A DNA stretch of 32,000 bases. Source: Breznakia sp. PF5-3. GTDB taxonomy: Bacteria; Bacillota_I; Bacilli_A; Erysipelotrichales; Erysipelotrichaceae. A program made the position numbers and the translations under genes. Below are positions 1 through 9,100 of the stretch, one piece after another. The stretch lies in NCBI RefSeq assembly GCF_029504745.1, contig NZ_JAQFIQ010000002.1, forward strand, positions 81,287-113,286. The letters run 5' to 3'. Position 1 is the first letter of the stretch. The number at the start of each line of letters is the position of its first letter. The notes below the pieces were generated by a model. That model worked only from the letters and a program-made list of their open reading frames with translations. It ran no database searches and was not told where the DNA came from.

Positions 1-156
1 GTAAATTATGGATATATAAAAGAAATAAAAACCAATATAATTATTTTAAAAAACAAGGTAGAAATTTCAATGAGTCGAAAGATTCGCTCTGAAATTAAAA
101 ATGGTTATTATGAATATAAGTTTAAAAAAGTGAGAAGTGATGGAAATGCTAATTAA
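1..156 (+). CDS. LytTR-type response regulator, C-terminal end only (5' part is upstream of the window)
   Basis: Frame 1 is open from base 1 to TAA 154-156 and translates to VNYGYIKEIKTNIIILKNKVEISMSRKIRSEIKNGYYEYKFKKVRSDGNAN. The YI-x-x-I ... V-x-x-SR pattern resembles the last strands of a LytTR DNA-binding domain. The stop overlaps the GTG/ATG start (137/140) of an AgrC-type kinase, which is typical RR-HK coupling. Only 51 residues are visible. Confidence 0.5.
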   Translation, partial: VNYGYIKEIKTNIIILKNKVEISMSRKIRSEIKNGYYEYKFKKVRSDGNAN

Positions 157-1486
157 GTTTTTACGTTTGTTTCTTGGATACTTTATTCAAATAGTTCCAT
201 GTTTCTACTTGGTTTTTATTCCTTTTCGTTCCCGAAAAGAACTATCAAAAAAGGTTGTTATGCGTGCTTGCGTTATTTTGATGATAGGAGCAGTTTTATT
301 TTCTGTTGGTGGGTTATTATCGTATTATGTTACAGGTAAAAATATCATTGTGAATTATTTATTCATTGCGATTGCCATAGTCGTTTTTATCTGCATTGAA
401 GCACCAATTAAAGTGCCATTCTTTGAAAAGTTATTTATTGCGTTGCTGGTCTCACATTATGCAATTATTGTAAGTACAATTTCAAATTACGTATTATATG
501 CGAATATTATGAATTTACCAAATAGCTCTGATCGCTTTGCGAATGGGCTTGTCGATTTATGGATTATTTTAATTGTTACAGTGATTACATTACCATTTGT
601 AAGCAAATTCATTAGTGTTATTGTGCGAAAAATACCATTGAAATTATCTGAAGAAACATGGAGAAAGCTTTGCTTTTTACCACTTACGTTAACCATTATT
701 TCAATTTTATCATTTGCGATGACTAGAGCGATGGAATTTAATAAGTTTACTGTAGCAAGTTTTGCAATGATTTTTATTTGTATCTTATCTACTTATTACT
801 TAACTTTTGTACTCTTACAACAATATCGAAAAAATGTAATATTAGAAATAGAGGCCGAGGTTATGGATGTACAATTACAATTGCACAATCAAGGATATAA
901 TCAATTGGTAGAAAAAATGGATCAGTTTAGAAAGGTAAAGCATGATTTTATTCATCATATGCGTGCTATTGATGCACTTGCTCAAGCGCAAGAGAGTGAA
1001 AAAATCAGAGAATATATTGAAGGGTATTTAAATAATCAATATTTTTTAGAAAATATTAAATATTGTATGAATGCGGAAATAGATTTACTGATGCGTTATT
1101 ATGCTGGTATGGCGAAAGCAGAGTCCATTCCAATAGATATTAAATTAGATATCCAAAGAGCAATTCATATTTCAGTAGCAGATATTAGTATTGTTTTGGG
1201 GAATTGTATAGAAAATGCAATTCAAGCAAATAAAGATGTTGATGAGAGCAAACGAATGCTTCGTGTTCGCGGGAGCCAAGAAGAAGAAACTTTGGTTTTC
1301 ACAATTGATAATGCATATGCAGGTAGTGTTATTGAAAAAGAAGGAAAACTTATTTCTACTAAGCATCGACAAGATGCAATTGGCATTAGCAGTGTTCAAG
1401 CAATTCTAAAAAAGTATAATGGAATTTTAAAGTATTCCTATGATGATAAATATTTTTATATTTCTATATTTATTGGCAAAGAATAA
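137..1486 (+). CDS. AgrC/ComD-like (HPK10, GHKL) membrane sensor histidine kinase
   Basis: 449-aa ORF. The N-terminal ~230 aa form about 6-7 hydrophobic helices. It has an H-box KHDFIHHMRAI, an N-box LGNCIENAIQA, and a C-terminal GISSVQAILKKYNG typical of the HATPase_c_5 kinases that pair with LytTR regulators. The start may be ATG 140 rather than GTG 137. Confidence 0.85.
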   Translation: MMEMLIKFLRLFLGYFIQIVPCFYLVFIPFRSRKELSKKVVMRACVILMIGAVLFSVGGLLSYYVTGKNIIVNYLFIAIAIVVFICIEAPIKVPFFEKLFIALLVSHYAIIVSTISNYVLYANIMNLPNSSDRFANGLVDLWIILIVTVITLPFVSKFISVIVRKIPLKLSEETWRKLCFLPLTLTIISILSFAMTRAMEFNKFTVASFAMIFICILSTYYLTFVLLQQYRKNVILEIEAEVMDVQLQLHNQGYNQLVEKMDQFRKVKHDFIHHMRAIDALAQAQESEKIREYIEGYLNNQYFLENIKYCMNAEIDLLMRYYAGMAKAESIPIDIKLDIQRAIHISVADISIVLGNCIENAIQANKDVDESKRMLRVRGSQEEETLVFTIDNAYAGSVIEKEGKLISTKHRQDAIGISSVQAILKKYNGILKYSYDDKYFYISIFIGKE

Positions 1487-1516
1487 CCTCTATGTTTTAA
1501 ACATAGAGGTTATTTT
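1484..1516. terminator. Bidirectional rho-independent terminator shared by the convergent kinase and TPR genes
   Basis: A 12-bp perfect stem, TAACCTCTATGT (1484-1495) with ACATAGAGGTTA (1501-1512), has a 5-nt loop and a TTTT run (1513-1516). The stem arms contain the stop codons of both convergent genes. Confidence 0.65.
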
Positions 1517-2940
1517 ACGTAGTATCTAGAAAGCCAATCTTTAGACAAGTTTATTAAATCTTGGTTTTTGGATATTTCAACTACTTCTTCAAAAGCAGCA
1601 GTTGATTCCCTAAATTGATTTAAATTCATATAAGCAATTCCTTGATTATATCTTGAATAGTCTTTCTGTTCATTTAAGCTATAGGACTTTTTAAAATCTG
1701 CAATGGCCTTTTCGTATTTCTTTTGATTAAGGTAGATAGATCCACGATTGAAATATGCAGAGCCTTTGTGAATGTTTTTATCTATACATTTTCCATAATA
1801 TTTTATAGCATTATTACTATCTTTTAAACTGTTGTAGCAACTTGCCATTATAAAGTATATTTCTTTATCACTTCCACCTTCTTTTTCATATTGTTTCCAA
1901 TAGGTAATGGTATTTTTTAAATCTTTGCGCATATAGGAAACATAACCAATTTGATATAAAGTATCTAAATCTTTTGGTTGTAATTTATGAAGGTTGGCTA
2001 AAGTAGTATATGCATGATCATAGTTTTTTAGTTGCATATAGCAATTAGCTAACTTGGTAAGGACTTCTATATCATTTGCATCTGTATGTAGAAAGGCGTT
2101 GTAATCTGTGCTTGCTTCATTATATTTTTTTAGTTGAAAATAACAATCTCCACGTTTTAAATAAAGATCTGCTTTTTGTTGGATTGCTAATGCATTTGTA
2201 TAAAAACCAATAGCAGTATTGAAATCATTTTGTTGATAAGCATAATCACCTTGTAATTCATCTAGTGAAGCTGCATTAGATGAATCATTTATTTTTTTCA
2301 TATCTGCATTTGCAAGTGCTAATTCATTTAATTGTATATAACAAGATGCACGTTTTATAAGTAGGTTTTCATCATCTGGAGATTTAGCTAATAAATAACT
2401 TAAATCATCGACAGCTTTTTTGTAGTCTTCACACATCATATATAATTCAGCACGACTAAGTCGAGCATCTTTATTTTCTTCAAGTTCTAACAACGAAGAT
2501 AGATAAGCGATAGCACTTTCATAGTCTTCAAGTGTTATTTGTAAATTTGCAAGCTTGATTAATAAATTCTTATTTTCGGGATTATCTTTTAAAGCCCGTT
2601 GATATATGGATAACGCCTTTTCATAATCTTCTAATGCAACTAGGATATCTCCTTTTAATTCAATATATGCAGTTTGTTTTTGATGACGTAAAGCGGTATC
2701 GATATAGTCTAAGGCTTTCGCAAAATTACCTTCTTCATATGCAGCAAGAGCTAAATCATAATATTTAGATCCTTGTTCTTGCTGTTCTCTTTGTTGTTTT
2801 TGATTCTCTTGAATTACACCATAAGAAACGGTACTTCCCACGATAAAAAGAATCAAAATGATAATAGCGATAGCATTTCGTTTTTCTTTTTTTATAAATC
2901 TTTTTTTATTGTTTTTTTTAGTTTTTGTTTTTTGTTTCAT
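1510..2940 (-). CDS. Membrane-anchored tetratricopeptide (TPR) repeat protein
   Basis: N-terminus MKQKTKTKKNNKKRFIKKEKR (basic) is followed by one hydrophobic helix (AIAIIILILFIVGSTVSYGVI). About 10-12 34-aa units then show the TPR pattern (A..Y/F..A....P.. and recurring Y...G.....Y..A). I prefer ATG 2940 because GAGGG lies 8 nt upstream. The ORF track extends to GTG 2958. Confidence 0.8.
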   Translation of the reverse strand: MKQKTKTKKNNKKRFIKKEKRNAIAIIILILFIVGSTVSYGVIQENQKQQREQQEQGSKYYDLALAAYEEGNFAKALDYIDTALRHQKQTAYIELKGDILVALEDYEKALSIYQRALKDNPENKNLLIKLANLQITLEDYESAIAYLSSLLELEENKDARLSRAELYMMCEDYKKAVDDLSYLLAKSPDDENLLIKRASCYIQLNELALANADMKKINDSSNAASLDELQGDYAYQQNDFNTAIGFYTNALAIQQKADLYLKRGDCYFQLKKYNEASTDYNAFLHTDANDIEVLTKLANCYMQLKNYDHAYTTLANLHKLQPKDLDTLYQIGYVSYMRKDLKNTITYWKQYEKEGGSDKEIYFIMASCYNSLKDSNNAIKYYGKCIDKNIHKGSAYFNRGSIYLNQKKYEKAIADFKKSYSLNEQKDYSRYNQGIAYMNLNQFRESTAAFEEVVEISKNQDLINLSKDWLSRYYVK

Positions 2941-2953
2941 TTCTTTTGCCCTC

Positions 2954-2963
2954 AACACTTTAT
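2954..2963 (-). promoter_or_regulatory. Inverted third copy of the ATAAAGTGT motif, in the 5' leader of the TPR gene
   Basis: The reverse complement of 2954-2963 is ATAAAGTGTT, a 9/10 match to ATAAAGTGTA at 3011-3020. It lies 14-23 nt upstream of ATG 2940 and just downstream of a minus-strand extended -10 (TGATAAAAT, reverse complement of 2973-2981). Confidence 0.35.
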
Positions 2964-3010
2964 GTTATCTTTATTTTATCATCAAATGGAATGAAAAATT
3001 ATTTTTCGGT

Positions 3011-3041
3011 ATAAAGTGTATCGAAAATGCCTTAAAGTGTA
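3011..3041 (+). promoter_or_regulatory. Pair of perfect 9-nt direct repeats TAAAGTGTA with a 12-nt spacer (candidate LytTR operator)
   Basis: TAAAGTGTA occurs at 3012-3020 and again at 3033-3041, with spacer 3021-3032 (12 nt, 21-nt periodicity). In register 3013-3021, AAAGTGTAT matches 8/9 of the published LytTR consensus [TA][AC][CA]GTTN[AG][TG]. The second copy, AAAGTGTAA, matches 7/9. Confidence 0.5.
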
Positions 3042-3064
3042 AGAATTGAAAAAAGATATTACGG

Positions 3065-3103
3065 TATAATTAAAGTAGGTATAAATATAAAAAAGAAAGG
3101 AGG
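3065..3103 (+). promoter_or_regulatory. Candidate -10 box and Shine-Dalgarno sequence of the giant gene
   Basis: TATAAT lies at 3065-3070. The only -35-like hexamer (TTGAAA 3046-3051) is just 13 nt away, so there is no properly spaced -35, as expected for an activator-dependent promoter. AGGAGG at 3098-3103 sits 6 nt before ATG 3110. Confidence 0.4.
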
Positions 3104-3109
3104 CAGTTT

Positions 3110-3193
3110 ATGAAAAAAAGTGGCTTTTTGAAATTATTGATTTGTATAGCTGGTGTACTTATTTTTGGACTTGGTACAAGTGCAGTAAGTGCA
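3110..3193 (+). other. Sec-type signal peptide of the giant protein
   Basis: A KK n-region, a hydrophobic core LLICIAGVLIFGL, and AVSA followed by DE (predicted cleavage after residue 28). There is no lipobox, because residue -1 to the Cys is Ile. Confidence 0.7.
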
Positions 3194-6100
3194 GATGAGA
3201 TTACCCTCTCAGATACACCGCAATCAGATACACCAGTTGTTACAGTACAAAGTGATATTAAAAAGTTCGATGTGAATGGTACTGAATACACTACGTTAAA
3301 TGAAGCTGTAAATGCAGTAAACACTGCAAGCGGTGATGTCGTTTTCAAAGTACCAGCAGGGACACATGGAACTTTATCAATTGATAATGTAGCAATTAGC
3401 AAATTGACAATTGAACCAACGTCTGCTGGGGCAGTTTCATTTACCGATATTAGTTTTAAGAATATGAAAACAAACCTAAATATCGATTTGAAATCAATTA
3501 CGGTAAATGGGAAAATAAATCTAGAAAATGCTTCTGGATTAGTTTTTAATGCAACAACAGCACAGTTTTCTACAGTAGCAATCCATGGTATGGAAAATAC
3601 TACTCTAGATTTTTCAAGCCGCGTAGGTGCAGTTAATTTCATATTATCTGGATCTATTGGAGGTAGTGTTATTAACGGAGGGAATGGAAATGATGTATTC
3701 ACCCTAAATGAAGTGGTTGCAACAGATCTTGTTCTTGACGGAAAAGCAGGGACTAATAAAATTGTTTCAAATATCAGTGGCGAACTGACATTTGAAGCTA
3801 CAAATATTAAGTCAACTTCTGGAGATATAGCATTTGCTAATATTTCAAATGTTGAAGATACAGCATCAGATCACAGTATTGTGACGTTACCAGATAGCGA
3901 TAATGCAATTGCATTTACAAGTGATGCTGGAAACATAAAATATGACTTAGGAGGTGTTGGGTTTGTACTTAATGGAACAGGAAAAATAACAGTTCTAGGA
4001 GGTAGTGGAAACGATACAATTACATTGAATGGAATTGCTAATCCAAACCTTACACAGTTTAGTGTAGATGGAGGTAATGGAAATGATAAGATATCAGTTG
4101 TATCATCCATTACACTATCGAATGCTGATGTAAAACTAGTAGGTGAACAAATTGAAATTGTTGGTGCGAAAGGGAATATTTTTAATATTTTAGCGAAATC
4201 ACTAACATTGGAAGCAAAAAACAATGCTAGTAGTGCAAGCAAGGTTGAGAGTAAGGTAACCATAAGGTATGCGAAAATTCAGGTGAGTGCTGATATTCGG
4301 ATTTTATCAAATGGTTCTCAGTTAGTAGATATTGATGGACAAGGTACGAGTGTTGTTAAAAACATTGATACAAAAAGTTCTATTGAATTAGAGAGTGTCG
4401 AGTTTATTGCAAGTAATATTAATATCTCTTCAGCAGCTATTTCTGAAATATCAGGTGATGATACAAAGAGTAGGGCAGTAAACAACATCAGTAATAAATC
4501 CCATTTGAGTATATTTGGGGATTCTTCTTTTAGAGCAACAAACAATTTGATGTTTAGTAGTGTTAGTAAAATACTTTCAGCAATTGAAGTAGGTGCGGGC
4601 GAAATCCCAATTTCAATTGCAATGAATTCCATTGTTTCGGAAGCACTATTAACAATTGATGGTAATACAAAATTAAATAGTAGTAGTGTTGCTATGAATG
4701 TAGATAATATAATTGATTCTAAAGTTTTAGCAGATGGATCAAGAGCACCATCGTCCCAAAGCGAGGCAAGTGCAAGTGGTGCATTTATTGCAATTCACAA
4801 TATCCGCCAGATAACAAAAGGGGATATTGGAGAGAATGTAAAAATTGGTGGTATTAATACACCAATTGCAAAAGATGTATCGTTAAAAGTGAATGCATCT
4901 TTAAAACTTGATACACAAGCGAAATCGATTGGTGATGGATATAAAGGAAGTACTGGAACAAACATTAGTTTACAAGGTGTTGTTCAAGAAATTAAAGACC
5001 TTTTAAAATTAACACCTTTCGCTGATATAGCTGCTATATTAAGTGATGATATGTTAACGATATTAGGTTCGGTTAATGCATCAAGTGAAACAGCATTAAC
5101 AAAACAAATGGTTGGAGCATTTGCTTTCAACAATGTTAAAATGACTACAAGTGCAAAATATAAAGCAGATAGTTATATTACAGGAAATTTGAATGTTATT
5201 TCTAATGCTTCAATTAATACGGAAACAATTGCCGATGGTTCTGCAAAAGTAGATGTGGGTGAAGCTGTAATTCCAATAGGTATTGGTGTTGCAGTAGCAT
5301 TACATAAAGTTGATTATGAAAATACAGCAAATGTAGCAGTATCAACACTTCGGGCAAAAGATGTAAATGTATTAGCAAATGAAAGTGCAAATACGAACAC
5401 ATCAAAAATCGTAGCCAAAGCAGGTGTAAACCGTGGTGACTTTGGTATCGGTGGAGCATTTGGTATTACGATTTATAACATTACTACCAAAGCAACAATT
5501 GATTCTTCACAGATTCAAGCAACAGGTAATGTAAATGTTATTACGAATGATAAACATGATGTGAGTATTGACGCTGATTGTAGTTCTGACAAAGCAGTTG
5601 GAGCAGGTATTGCAGTTTTAATTTTTGAAGATATTGCAATGTCACAAATTTTAGACAGCGTAAAAATACTAAGTGTTAAAGACTTAAATGTTTTAACAAA
5701 CAGTATTTCAAATACTATTTTAGATGTGAAGTCTGGCGGTAATGGAGGTTTGAGTATTGCTCCAGGTGTAGCCGTTAATATTAATTTAAATGATATTCTA
5801 TCACAATGTTTAGCAGCAACAGTTGCAACAGGTGATATTAATGTTAAGTCAGTAAGTAAAAAAACAAGAAAAACAACAAGTGCTAGTAATTTAGTTGATA
5901 AAGGTGGAATTGGGGCTACCGTTTCATTGGTTATTAATATTGATAAAAACAAAGCACTTCTAGGTGGAAAAGTAAGTGGTCGTGAAGTGCATGTACATGC
6001 AACCTCACATCACCGCAGTGACGCATATGCTACGGCAAGTCCTGAGGGAGAATCTGACCCTGACCCCGATGCCAAGGAAACATCTCCAGAAGATTTAGTT

Positions 6101-9100
6101 AATAAATTGCGTGGAGCTGTTGATCAGCTAATGGGTAATGAAGGCGATGATAAATTAAGTGATAAATTTAGTGCTGATATGTCTACGCAAGAAGGTAAAA
6201 TTCAAGTAGCTGGTGCAGTAATTGTAGTATATTTGGAAACAAAAAATGAAGCAATTATTGAGAATGCTGAAATTACAGCTGATAAAGTAGAAGTATTGGC
6301 AAAAGAAGCAGTTGCCATTTATAACTTTGCCAATGCAAATGTTAGTGATGGTGTCCAAACAGGAGCTGCAACAGCAGTAATTGTTTTGGTAAGTGATATT
6401 CAAAACAAAGCACAAATAAAAAGTAATGTAACAATGAATGTAAAAGCACTAAGTGTTGTAGCATGTGGTGATACATTAGAAAAAGTAAATGAATTAGCAA
6501 AAGATGATAATGATAATAAAACTGTAACAAATGATAAAAACACATTTGCCAATGTATCTTTATCAGGAGCAGGAGCATCAAAGAATGGAATTGCGGGAGC
6601 AGTTGTATTAGTATTTGTTGATCAAGCTTATGATGCAAGTGTAGATGGAAAAGTTACTGTTTTAAAACAAGATGGAAATACACCAAAAATAGAAATTAAA
6701 GCGGATTTGAAAGAACGTTTCTATTCGCGTGGTTTCTCAGAAGCAAAATATGTGGCTGGTGGAAATAATAATTCTACAAACCAAAGCAAATCGAAAGGTA
6801 TTGCACCTTCCTTTGTAATGAATTATTGTTCAACAACAGCAAATGCGATTTTGGCGTCAAACGGTGCTATTAAAACAGCTACCGGAGCCAAAGCAGATGT
6901 ATTGATTCAAACAACGTTTGATTCAAGTATTGATGCAGAAGCAGAAGCAGGTTCTGGTGAAGGTAAAACAGCCACTGACATCACAATTGATGGAGCGGTT
7001 GTATTGAACTTACTATCACGTGATATCTCAGCTAAAATCTTAGCTGGTGGTGTAGTGAATGTTACTGGAACATTAAGTGTATTACAAAAAACAACAAGTA
7101 CTACAAATGCAAAAGTACATGCTGGTGCGGAAGCGAAGGCAACTGCTGTTGGTGCAGCTGTTGCAGTTACATATTTTAAAGCAAAATATGCAGCAATCGT
7201 TTCAGGGAGTGTAAGTATTAGTGGAAAATTAAGTGTTATATCAGAAGCAAAAACAATTGATATTGTAGAAGCTACTGGTACAAGTAAAGGTGTAAGTGAA
7301 AAAGACTTTAAAGATAAATTTAAAGACTTTGATTTGAAAAAAGTATTAAAAGGTGAGTCATTTGGTAGTGGTGAATCGACTAAGACTGGTGATACAGTTG
7401 CCGAATTTACAGGTGGAAAAGCGGATCAAAACACAAGTTCATCAATTTTAGGTGCAACGAATGTTACAACGATGGAACCAGATACAAATGGAAAGACAAA
7501 TCCGAAAAAAGGTGAACAAGTAGCAATCGCAGCAGCCGTAGCTGTAACTATTCTTCAACATGATGTATTAGCATCAATGGATGGTATAGCCAAAGCTGGT
7601 GAAATAGAGATTAAAGCGATCAATGACAATAACTTTAAATCTTATAATGGATCAAAAGCTTCAAGTAATGGTACAGCAATTACGTTAAGTGTTGCGGTAG
7701 CAATTCTTGGAAGCAAAACGGAAGCTTATGGAAATATGATGGAATCTTTAGGTGATATCACAATTTCAGCTTCTGGAAGTATTAATATGGATGAAACATT
7801 TAAAAATGCAGTAACTTTATTAGCAGTTGGTATGGCTTCTGTTGGTAAAGAAGGTGAGCTATCATTAGCTGGTTCTATCGCATTCTTAAAATATGAAAAT
7901 GTATTGAAAGCAATGATTTTAGAAAATGCAGAAGTAAAAGCAAACGGAAAAGTAAGTGTAACAGCGATTGAAAATAATAAGTTAGCTGCAAAAGCATGGA
8001 ATTATGCAGGTGCAGGAAATTCAAATGCTGTTGCTGTAGGTACTTCTTTTGCAATGATTTTCGCATCATCAACAGTACAAGCAATCATTGCCAAAGGTGC
8101 TAAATTAGAATTGGATGCATTATATGTAGAAGCAAAACGTAAACGTGTGAATCCAAATGAATTGTCATTTAACTTTGAATATAAAGAAGGCATGTTTGAT
8201 GATTTTGATGCATTTGATTATATTGATATTACGAACTTCTTAGCAAGTAATAATTATTATATTGAAGTATTAGGAGCAAGCAATGCTTCTAAAGGAAACT
8301 TAGCTTTACAAGGTTCTTTTGGAATCTTGATGTTTGATAATATTACAGAAGCAAAACTTGAAGCTGGAGTAGAAGTTACAGCTATTAATGATATTACAAT
8401 CAAAGCAGATAGTGATGTCAATGTGAAAGTGATCACAGGTGGTGTAGCGAATGCTAATCAAGTTGGTATTGGACTAAATACAGGTACAATCGTTGATGAA
8501 AGTAAAGTTACAGCATCCATTGGTAATGCAGTAAAACTTACAACGAATACAGGTGGTGTTTTAATAGATGCATCATCAAGACAAGATTATTTAGTTGTTT
8601 CAGTAGCTGCTTCGAAAGCAACAACAGCAGGTATTGCCGGTGTTGTAAATGTGATCTTATCGAAAAACAAGGTAAATGCTATCATTGGCAATCAAGCAAC
8701 AGTAATTGCGAAAAAAGATATTCAAGTATTAGCGAAGAATGATTCATCGTTTAAAGGAATATCACTTGGAGCAACAAAAGGTGGAAAAGCAGGAGTTGGT
8801 TGTACAGCTGCTGTAATCCTTATTGAAAATGAAACCAATGCTAGTGTTGGTGAAAATGTAACATTAAAAGCAGATGGTAATATTATTGTGAAAGCAACTT
8901 CATCTGAAGATCTAGCATTTATTATTACAAGTGCTGCTGTTTCTGATAATGTTGCAATTGGATTAAGTGGAGCTTATGCACAAATTGAATCTAGTACAAT
9001 TGCATCTATCGGTGATGGACATGATGTTACAGCATTGAATTTAAATATTGAAACAGCATCGAAAACAGTAAGTAAATCAATCAATGGTGGAGTAACAGCT

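Noticed and set aside
487-1409. Small ORFs 487-696(-), 1172-1399(-) and 1215-1409(+) inside the AgrC-like kinase gene
   Set aside because: They are embedded in, or out of frame with, a kinase ORF that carries H-, N- and G-box motifs. They have no independent signals.
2941-2958. Extended starts given by the ORF track: GTG 2958 (TPR), 23154 (pyrR), TTG 28514 (phosphoesterase), GTG 23200 (pflA)
   Set aside because: Internal ATG or TTG codons have better SD spacing (2940, 28532, 23209) or fit the family N-terminus better (pyrR MTKQ at 23106). The extensions add atypical residues. Uncertainty remains, and the alternatives are noted in the features.
2773-3049. Plus-strand ORFs 2773-2994 and 2858-3049
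   Set aside because: They are antisense to the Lys-rich N-terminus of the TPR gene, so poly-A/T tracts give F/L-rich nonsense. They have no SD and they run across the regulatory region.
3046-3051. TTGAAA as the -35 box of the giant-gene promoter
   Set aside because: It is only 13 nt from TATAAT (3065-3070). With 17-nt spacing the -10 would be the poor ATTAAA. I treat the promoter as lacking a functional -35.
4040-4051. NPNL tetrapeptide (IANPNLTQF), reminiscent of the NPNL motif of two-partner-secretion (TPS) domains
   Set aside because: The surrounding TPS-domain context is absent. There is no second NPNGI motif and no ILNEV-type block. The motif lies about 310 residues from the N-terminus rather than about 60-100. 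No TpsB gene is present, and the protein has a C-terminal membrane anchor typical of a monoderm. The match is probably chance.
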